Of a stretch of 10,917 nucleotides of DNA, positions 1 through 6,618 are shown in pieces; position 1 is the stretch's first letter; the number at the start of each line of letters is the position of its first letter. Under the pieces are notes generated by a model that was not told the origin of the DNA, did no database searches, and saw nothing but the letters and a program-made list of their open reading frames with translations. This DNA is from Vulcanisaeta sp. AZ3 (GTDB taxonomy: Archaea > Thermoproteota > Thermoprotei > Thermoproteales > Thermocladiaceae). Made by a program: the position numbers and the translations under genes. The DNA lies in contig JZWU02000040.1 in the NCBI GenBank assembly GCA_000960865.2, positions 1 to 10,917 of the forward strand. The letters are read 5' to 3'.

Positions 1-878
1 CCAACAACAATCACGACACTCGACTCACCATAGAATGATGAGTATTGAGGATTGCCAAGATTCACTTGGGGTGGTAATGGGAAGTATGGTAAGCCCGCAC
101 TAATAGCCGATGACTTATATATGGCTATGTCGAACCAAACCTTACCAGACTCCACGGGCCCGAACAACTCACTACCGGCCAACACCTCATATACATTACC
201 AGTATCGTTAGCCCAATTAAACATATCCACATAGTAATTCTTACCAAGATTCCAGTACAGCCCGGTTAACTGAAGCACCATAAGCGCACGATAGCCCTCC
301 GGATCCGTGTTTGGATTTGATGTTCCTATGGCATAGGCGCCATACTTATGGGCTAATTGAACTGTCCCATTTGAGAATATTAAGTTTAGGAACTCCTTAG
401 TTATTTCCATAGCCTCAGTGTAATTACCGGCGTTAAGTGCCTTCTTTTCGGCATTGGTTAGGTTCGTCACAACGTTAAGTAGTGGTTTTGGTAAATTCTG
501 TGAGTATGCGATGACCATTTGATCACCGGCTATTGCTATGTACCAACTGGTTATGTTATTTGGATATAAAAGTGACGTTAATATATACGGATCAATACTT
601 GCATATATCGAGTAACCACTTGGATTAAGTATTACTTGGCGCGCAGCCTGTACTGAGCCCATTCCCGTGACTGCCGTGGTTATGCCTAACTCATTACCAG
701 CCTCCTTGAAGAGCTTTGCATATAGTGATGCAGTTATTACACTTAAGGTTTGTTGTTCCTTTCCCATGGCATGCGTTGGATGGATTACTATGGATATCGA
801 GTAGCCTATGATTAGGCCAATTATTAATGATATTATTACTGAACCTATAATACTAGCCTTCATCGTTGTTTTGATCAT
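1..878 (-). CDS. wtpA: Tungstate/molybdate (WtpA/ModA-like) ABC transporter substrate-binding protein, 3' end beyond the window
   Basis: Hand-translated open frame from ATG 878 (alternative ATG 863) to the window edge: MIKTTMKASIIGSVIISLIIGLIIGYSISI (N-terminal membrane anchor)...GMGSVQAARQV...YASID...DQMVIAYS...GTSNPNTDPEGYRALMVLQL...VESG...YKSSA...LPYFPLPPQVNLG. These match WtpA-family motifs. Several N-X-T sequons fit a surface protein. Absent from the ORF track because no stop lies in the window. Confidence 0.8.
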   Translation of the reverse strand, partial: MIKTTMKASIIGSVIISLIIGLIIGYSISIVIHPTHAMGKEQQTLSVITASLYAKLFKEAGNELGITTAVTGMGSVQAARQVILNPSGYSIYASIDPYILTSLLYPNNITSWYIAIAGDQMVIAYSQNLPKPLLNVVTNLTNAEKKALNAGNYTEAMEITKEFLNLIFSNGTVQLAHKYGAYAIGTSNPNTDPEGYRALMVLQLTGLYWNLGKNYYVDMFNWANDTGNVYEVLAGSELFGPVESGKVWFDIAIYKSSAISAGLPYFPLPPQVNLGNPQYSSFYGESSVVIVV

Positions 879-974
879 TGATACGTCTATTTAAGTCGTT
901 CGTTATGACTATTTAACTCGAATTCACGGCCAAAGGTATTTTAACTCTTAGAATGGGTGTATTCCGTTATTAAG

Positions 975-1664
975 ATGGTTAAAACGAACTTTAACTCGAG
1001 AAAGGCTGTGTTCGTTAGGAGGTTGGTTGAGGAGGGTAAGAATGATAGAGTTGATTTCGACATATACGATTTCCTACTTGCCTTCAATAAATCGTTAAGC
1101 GACTATTACACCACAAGCAGTTGTAGTGGTAGGATAGCAATTGCCAAGGCCCCAAGGCTTAGTTATTCAAAGGGTTCAAGCTTATTTAAGTTTGTTGTTA
1201 AGTGGCATAGACCTGTTACCTATAGTGAGGTCATTAATGTTTTGAGTGGTATTAATGGTAATGCTTGGTTACTAGTTAGAGCCCCAATAATGCATTTCGT
1301 GACGAGGGATTTAGAGGGAGCCTTACTCATACTTAGGTTAGCCAGAGAGGCTGGATTTAAGCACAGTGGCATATACTCAGTGACTCGCGATGGAGTTGTT
1401 GTGGAGGTTCAGGGTGAGGATAGGTTTGAAGTTCCAATAATGATCAATGGAGAGCCAATAATACCCACCGAGAGTCTCAGGAGAATTATTGATACAGCCA
1501 ATGAGACATTAATGTTTGGCAAGTTTAGGCTAGCCCACCTAATACGATTAATAGAGGTAAAGTTACTTGGAAAGGCTGAACTAGGCTATATGCCGAAAAC
1601 CTATTTTCAAGAATCCTACAGAGAATTCAACATTAGCAGTGCAAGCCTTGAGAAATTAGCATAA
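975..1664 (+). CDS. taw3: tRNA(Phe) wyosine-derivative N4-methyltransferase Taw3/Tyw3
   Basis: Signature YYTTSSCSGRI, KWH, PIMHF and AREAGFKHSGI motifs. ATG 975 is preferred over GTG 957 because a TATA-like TATTTTAA at about 938-945 lies roughly 30 nt upstream. Confidence 0.88.
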   Translation: MVKTNFNSRKAVFVRRLVEEGKNDRVDFDIYDFLLAFNKSLSDYYTTSSCSGRIAIAKAPRLSYSKGSSLFKFVVKWHRPVTYSEVINVLSGINGNAWLLVRAPIMHFVTRDLEGALLILRLAREAGFKHSGIYSVTRDGVVVEVQGEDRFEVPIMINGEPIIPTESLRRIIDTANETLMFGKFRLAHLIRLIEVKLLGKAELGYMPKTYFQESYREFNISSASLEKLA

Positions 1665-1730
1665 CATAGGCAGTGGGTAGGTAGGATAAAGTATTATATT
1701 ATCTATTGATAATGCATAAGGGATTTAAAC

Positions 1731-1738
1731 TTTAAATA
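1731..1738 (+). promoter_or_regulatory. Putative TATA box for the ABC transporter operon
   Basis: TTTAAATA within the palindrome ATTTAAA-C-TTTAAAT (1723-1737), about 24 nt before the proposed ATT start at 1762. Confidence 0.55.
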
Positions 1739-1761
1739 GAGCCGAGGGCTCGGGTGGGACA

Positions 1762-2538
1762 ATTGTTGCGATAAAGGAGCCGATACTTGAGGTTGTCAAT
1801 GTTAGTTACAGCTACAAGACTGAGAAGGGCTCCCTCCCCGTCCTAAAGAACATAAGTTTCGGTGTTTATCCTCAAGAATTTGTATCAATAGTCGCCCCAA
1901 CTGGTACAGGCAAGACAACACTACTTAGGATAATAGCTGGATTAAGAAAGCCTGATCATGGTAAAGTCATCCTCATGGGTGAGGAAGTTAAAAAACCAAC
2001 CTCGAAGCTTGCTATGATATTTCAAGACTTCGCCCTATATCCGTGGCTAACGGCTCTTGAGAATGTTGAGCTAGCGCTCATGCATAGGAAGGACCTTAGT
2101 AAAGAAGTTAGGAGGGAAATTGCTAGGAAGTACCTAGAGCTCGTGGGTCTAGGGGGGTTTGAGGATTATTACCCAAGGGAGTTAAGTGGTGGTATGAAGC
2201 AGAGGGTTGCTATTGCTAGGGCGTTGGCCGCTCAACCAACTGTTTTACTTATGGATGAGCCTTTTGCAAACCTCGATGCAATAACTGCGGAGGGTTTGAG
2301 ATCTGAGATATATAAGATGGTATTTAATGAGGAGTCTACAGTAAAGGCCATAGTCATGGTAAGCCATAATCTTGAGGAGGTTGTGGAATTAAGCGATAGA
2401 GTACTGGTGCTGAGCGGTAGACCAGCAAGTATAGCTGCAGAGGTTGAGATTAAGCTGCCTAGGCCCAGGAATACGAGAGACGTGGAGTTCCAAGATTACC
2501 TAGATAGGCTTTACTCATTGTTATCCATAGGCCTTTAA
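1762..2538 (+). CDS. ABC transporter ATP-binding protein, NitT/TauT (nitrate/sulfonate/HMP) type; start codon non-canonical or uncertain
   Basis: The frame is open from 1729 and reads [18 protein letters not shown]...VLKNISF...[21 protein letters not shown] before the track's ATG at 1975. Walker A APTGTGKT is at 1894-1917, followed by Q-loop IFQD, signature LSGGMKQR, Walker B LLMDE, D-loop PFANLD and H-loop VSHN. About 258 aa from ATT 1762. Confidence 0.88.
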   Translation: MVAIKEPILEVVNVSYSYKTEKGSLPVLKNISFGVYPQEFVSIVAPTGTGKTTLLRIIAGLRKPDHGKVILMGEEVKKPTSKLAMIFQDFALYPWLTALENVELALMHRKDLSKEVRREIARKYLELVGLGGFEDYYPRELSGGMKQRVAIARALAAQPTVLLMDEPFANLDAITAEGLRSEIYKMVFNEESTVKAIVMVSHNLEEVVELSDRVLVLSGRPASIAAEVEIKLPRPRNTRDVEFQDYLDRLYSLLSIGL

Positions 2539-2546
2539 ACCCTGAG

Positions 2547-4220
2547 GTGATGCTCACGAACTCACTATCAATAATAATCCTAGCATTCTTAGCAACATTG
2601 GCGACCTTTGGAAGGGTCGCATTAACAATAATACTTAGCATTGTAACTGGCTGGTTCCTGGGTTATGCAGCGGCTAAGAGCGGTCTTTTCGAGAGGATTT
2701 TTCTCTCCTTAACGCAGACCTTAGAGGCTGTTCCTGTGATTACCTTCTTCCCCATAGTCCTTATCTTTTTCGTAAAGTCAATAGGTGGGTACATAGGTAC
2801 TGAATTGGCCGTTGATTTTCTAGTTTTCACGGCAGTTGTTTGGAATATATGGGTTGGTGAATATGAATCAATAAAAACGGTATCTCAATCTCTTGAGGAC
2901 GCAGCTGAGATGCTTAACCTAAGCCTTTGGAAAAGGTTTAGGTATCTCTACATACCAGTCACGATGCCTAGGATAGCGGGTAATATCCTAGTCAGCTTTG
3001 CAGATGCTCTATTCTACATAGTCGTTAGTGAGGTTATTACCTTAGGCACCACGCAATACTCAGTCTTCGGCATAGGAACCTTGATATCTAACTGGACTGG
3101 CAATGGTGAATTCACATACGCATTCATTGGGTTAGGGGTCCTCGTAGTAATGGTGACTGCAGTCCTCTTCGGCATACTCAGGCCCTTCGTTAATTGGGCT
3201 GTTAAGTTTAGTTATGACCCATTCATGGAGGTTACTAGAACGAGGATTAGGAGGCCTGTAGTAACCAGTCGTGTTAGATCTGTTGTTGCTAAGAATATTA
3301 GACGCATGAGGAGAATCATGGCAATTGAAGACGCGATAATGCCCGTATTTGTTAAGGCCTCTAGTTATGCCGTTAGGCATAGGTTAACGACAAGACCTAG
3401 GCCTAGGAACGTAATCACCGTGAATGAGAGATACATAGGCCTATCAATATTGGCCCTAATCCTCGCCTGGCTTACCTACTCAATATATGCCTCGTGGAAT
3501 ACAACCTGGATACCAATAATGGAAAATATTTACGAAAACGGCTTACTTTACCTTTATTACCTGGGGCTTGATTGGTTGAGAGTCTTCTTAGTTACTGCAG
3601 TATCGATAATCACAGCAATACCCATTAATTACCTAATGGTTACAAATAGAAGGGTTGAATCAATAATACTACCAATACTTGAGGACCTAGCCTCAATACC
3701 TGTATCGGCTTACTTACCATTAATAGCAGTACCATTTATAACCTACCTAGCAATATCTCTCGGTCTTCATTTCTCATTGGAGTTACTTGTGTTCATAGTG
3801 GCTTACCTCAGCACTGCTTGGTATGTGATTTACAACATGTATGTCGGTATGAAGACAATACCCAGGAGTCTCTGGGACGTTGCTGAAAACCTAAGGCTTA
3901 ACACATGGCAGAAGCTCAGGAAGTTAGCCATACCAGGCGCCATGCCGGCCACAATAACCGGATTAGCAAGCACGGTTGGCTCCACCTGGGGTGGTTTAGA
4001 GGTTGCTGAGTATTTCACTGGACTTAGTGGGAAGACTTACATAGTTCATGGGTATACAGCACTCATGGACTACTATACCGCTATAGGTAATATGGTGGGT
4101 CTGGAGGCCATGAGCCTAATATTGGCGATAAACGTAATCCTCCTCAGCGTATTCCTATGGAGAAACTTATTCAAGCTTGCCAGGGAGAGGTATAGGGTTG
4201 AGGGTGCAATAACATTTTAA
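2547..4220 (+). CDS. ABC transporter permease with two fused transmembrane domains (anion-transport duplicated permease type)
   Basis: Two hydrophobic halves, each with an EAA-like loop (SLEDAAEMLNLSLWKRFRYLYIP and SLWDVAENLRLNTWQKLRKLAIP). Starts 8 nt after the ATPase stop, at GTG 2547 or ATG 2550. Confidence 0.88.
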   Translation: MMLTNSLSIIILAFLATLATFGRVALTIILSIVTGWFLGYAAAKSGLFERIFLSLTQTLEAVPVITFFPIVLIFFVKSIGGYIGTELAVDFLVFTAVVWNIWVGEYESIKTVSQSLEDAAEMLNLSLWKRFRYLYIPVTMPRIAGNILVSFADALFYIVVSEVITLGTTQYSVFGIGTLISNWTGNGEFTYAFIGLGVLVVMVTAVLFGILRPFVNWAVKFSYDPFMEVTRTRIRRPVVTSRVRSVVAKNIRRMRRIMAIEDAIMPVFVKASSYAVRHRLTTRPRPRNVITVNERYIGLSILALILAWLTYSIYASWNTTWIPIMENIYENGLLYLYYLGLDWLRVFLVTAVSIITAIPINYLMVTNRRVESIILPILEDLASIPVSAYLPLIAVPFITYLAISLGLHFSLELLVFIVAYLSTAWYVIYNMYVGMKTIPRSLWDVAENLRLNTWQKLRKLAIPGAMPATITGLASTVGSTWGGLEVAEYFTGLSGKTYIVHGYTALMDYYTAIGNMVGLEAMSLILAINVILLSVFLWRNLFKLARERYRVEGAITF

Positions 4221-4263
4221 CGTTACAATAAACCTTTAATTATTGAATTAATACATCATTATA

Positions 4264-4911
4264 ATGGATGTCAGAGAATTCCTAGCCCAGGTTAGGCGTG
4301 AGTTAGAGCCTGTGAACCAATACATTATTAATCATCCAATAATTAGGGATGCCGAGGTCGGTACATTAAGTATAAGTGCTATTAAGGCATTTGTCATCAA
4401 TCAGTGGTATATAGTTAATAGCGATGCCAGGTCAATAGCAATGGCTATGGCCAGGACTAAGGCTATGGATGAATTAATACTAATGAGAACATTCCTAGAC
4501 GGAGACTACAATGCATTAATGGAGTTAACAAAACTAATGAGGGAACTTAACATAGAGGCTATTGATCCCCTTAGTATGAATGTTATACCCGAAGCCGTAT
4601 CATACACACATTACTTATCATGGCTTGCAATCAATACAGAACCTGGAGAATTTGCCTTTGCATTGGTGATAAATTTACCCGTATGGGGTGCTATGGTTTC
4701 AAAGATTGATGAGACATTGAAGGCTAAGTATGGTATTAAGAATACTGGTTTCTTTGAATTATTTAGTGGTCATTATAATGAACTTGAGGAGGAAGCCTTA
4801 CCTGTAGTAGAGAGATATATGGGTGATGGATCAAGGATGAGGAATATTGCCGTTACCATACAGAATTACGAAAGATCCTTTTGGGATGCAATTCATAGGG
4901 TAAGTACATGA
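4264..4911 (+). CDS. tenA: TenA/PqqC-superfamily protein (thiaminase II-like, lacking the catalytic Cys)
   Basis: NHP near the N-terminus, FVINQWYI, SYTHYL and C-terminal YERSFWD. Helical 215-aa protein typical of archaeal TenA homologues. TATA-like TTTAATTA at 4235-4242. Confidence 0.8.
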   Translation: MDVREFLAQVRRELEPVNQYIINHPIIRDAEVGTLSISAIKAFVINQWYIVNSDARSIAMAMARTKAMDELILMRTFLDGDYNALMELTKLMRELNIEAIDPLSMNVIPEAVSYTHYLSWLAINTEPGEFAFALVINLPVWGAMVSKIDETLKAKYGIKNTGFFELFSGHYNELEEEALPVVERYMGDGSRMRNIAVTIQNYERSFWDAIHRVST

Positions 4912-4933
4912 ATACTTTTAAAGGTAGGTTTAT

Positions 4934-5254
4934 TTACGAGTCGATATGTTTAACTAGCTCATTCGTAAGCTTCGCGGCAAAGCCCTCAAGGGTCTTCCTA
5001 AAATCATTAATTAGCTTCCTAGTATCCTCATCATCGATTAACTCCCTAACATTCTTTACCTTAATAATTCCCTCATTAGCAAAGGTCATTAATTCGAAGA
5101 TAGCAGCACCAGTATTGTTCATATATAATTTTGGGGCTAGGACTTTACGTAGGCAACTAACATGTACTGGACCCTTATTTGTGAAAGTAAATATTTAGCT
5201 ATCAACAATCTCCTTACCACATACGTAACAAATCCACTTTCTCTGCATTTGCAT
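4934..5254 (-). pseudogene. DUF2175-like small zinc-finger protein interrupted by an in-frame TAA
   Basis: Reads MQMQRKWICYVCGKEIVDS*IFTFTNKGPVHVSCLRK...MNNTGAAIFEL...KHIDS. The CxxC and HxxC pairs flank the stop at 5197-5195 and are in frame with the track's 62-aa ORF. TATA-like ATTTATTA at 5278-5271. Confidence 0.72.
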
Positions 5255-5373
5255 GGTCAAGCTTGCGCATTAATAAATATCCTTTGTTTTATTCATTTAC
5301 CTTAACTAACAGTGAGTAGTTTAGGATTGAGTAGTATTCTATCGTTATTTTATGATCGTTATGTGTAATAAGA

Positions 5374-5381
5374 TTTATAAA
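5374..5381 (+). promoter_or_regulatory. Putative TATA box of the 5418 gene
   Basis: TTTATAAA, with a short GAGG just before the ATG. Confidence 0.55.
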
Positions 5382-5417
5382 ATATTCTATTGAATTCATA
5401 TAAATAGAGGATTATCC

Positions 5418-6092
5418 ATGGCAAAGGAGAATCAGGAACAAGAAGTTGAGGAGAGTTATCCTAGAACCACCATTATGGTTCCCAAGAATGTAGCCTCCGA
5501 GTTATCTAAGGTTGCAAAAAATAGAGGTAAGACATTATTCTACGTAGCTGGTGAGGGTCTTAAATTAACGACTGAACTTATCAGGGATGGATTTGAGCCT
5601 TCAGACTTAATTTGCTTCTGGAGGTTATATAAGATATTAAGTACGATGGATATAATACCAATGCCAATGAAGCTTATTGAGGAAATATTCTCATCAGTAA
5701 CTCCATTATTAACTAAGATTATAAATGACGAGAGAATCCCCAGCGATATTAGAGAAGAGGTGAGTAAGTCCATGAATACGCTATTGGAAATTTACGAGAA
5801 GTATGGGCGCCAAGTTGGTGCCTTAATGAAAATGGAGTTTGAAAACCTTGAGGATTTACTTGAGGCTATTTCAAGGATTAGTAGGTTGCTCGCGGTTAGG
5901 CATGTCGAGGTTAAGAAGTTGGATGATAATACCATTGAGTTGATGGCGATAGGACCTAGTGGAGCTACAGACATAGGTAATAAAACTCTCATGATATTCA
6001 TAAGGGGCTTCGTGTCACAGTATAATTATGATGTTGCCAGTGAGGATGTTAGAGCTAATATACTAAGAATAGTCCTCAAGAGAAGTACGTAA
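5418..6092 (+). CDS. Hypothetical protein with a ribbon-helix-helix-like N-terminus (possible transcription regulator)
   Basis: 224-aa ORF with host-like codon use. RTTIMVPKNVASELSKVAKNRGKT fits the CopG/MetJ strand-helix-G-helix pattern. The C-terminal alpha/beta domain is unassigned. Confidence 0.6.
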   Translation: MAKENQEQEVEESYPRTTIMVPKNVASELSKVAKNRGKTLFYVAGEGLKLTTELIRDGFEPSDLICFWRLYKILSTMDIIPMPMKLIEEIFSSVTPLLTKIINDERIPSDIREEVSKSMNTLLEIYEKYGRQVGALMKMEFENLEDLLEAISRISRLLAVRHVEVKKLDDNTIELMAIGPSGATDIGNKTLMIFIRGFVSQYNYDVASEDVRANILRIVLKRST

Positions 6093-6100
6093 GTTTTCAC

Positions 6101-6535
6101 TTAGATTATTATTGTTGCAAGGTTTGAGACACTAGGCCATCTAAGGGCTGCCTCCATGGCCACCGGACCATGTATTTCACTACCTTTTGGCGCACCATTT
6201 TCATCCGTAATCACCACAGCATTATCCTCAAAGGCTACCCAGGTACCATCAGGTCTTCTATAAGGTCTCCTCTGCCTAATGACTATGGCCCTAAGTATTT
6301 GTTTCCTAACCTCAGGCTTGCCTTCAACCACGCTGACCACAACCATATCCCCAACTGAGGCCCCAGGTACTTCCCTATGTACTGGCTTAGCCGTATGGCC
6401 AATAATACCAATAATCCTAACTAACTTAGCACCACTGTTATCCGCAACTGGGACTAGACTGTTCATGAATATTCCAGGTGCTTTATGGAAACGCCAACTA
6501 ACACCTACTTGTCTCGCACCACCTCTCTTCGCCAT
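6101..6535 (-). CDS. rpl14: 50S ribosomal protein uL14 (archaeal L14P)
   Basis: [43 protein letters not shown] and [11 protein letters not shown] motifs. Confidence 0.97.
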   Translation of the reverse strand: MAKRGGARQVGVSWRFHKAPGIFMNSLVPVADNSGAKLVRIIGIIGHTAKPVHREVPGASVGDMVVVSVVEGKPEVRKQILRAIVIRQRRPYRRPDGTWVAFEDNAVVITDENGAPKGSEIHGPVAMEAALRWPSVSNLATIII

Positions 6536-6558
6536 CGATTATTGGATGCGGCATATAG

Positions 6559-6566
6559 TTTTATAA
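6559..6566 (-). promoter_or_regulatory. Putative TATA box, leaderless rpl14
   Basis: TTATAAAA on the minus strand, ending about 24 nt before ATG 6535. Confidence 0.6.
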
Positions 6567-6618
6567 GCTTATCTAACCCTAACACGATATCTAAACGCTA
6601 CTAAATACTACTGGTTCT

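Noticed and set aside
52-234. 60-aa + strand ORF
   Set aside because: Antisense shadow of the WtpA-like gene.
887-916. CTATTTAA direct repeat and a weak GTTA...TAAC dyad upstream of wtpA, considered as a ModE-like operator
   Set aside because: More simply two minus-strand TATA-like boxes matching the two alternative ATGs; the dyad is too short to support an operator.
3396-3407. 12-bp palindrome CCTAGGCCTAGG (similar sequence at 2458-2469)
   Set aside because: Explained by preferred CCT/AGG codons for Pro-Arg-Pro-Arg.
2459-4018. Minus-strand ORFs 2459-2641, 3132-3380 and 3830-4018
   Set aside because: Antisense to the well-supported ABC genes, with no recognisable motifs.
4913-4926. TACTTTTAAAGGTA dyad between convergent genes as a terminator
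   Set aside because: Too short and AT-rich to be distinguished from chance.
4908-5198. 96-aa + strand ORF overlapping the tenA stop (ATGA)
   Set aside because: Antisense shadow of the DUF2175-like frame, which carries the recognisable motif.
5540-6566. ORFs 5540-5773, 5792-6001, 6170-6358 and 6279-6566
   Set aside because: Antisense shadows of the 5418 gene and rpl14.
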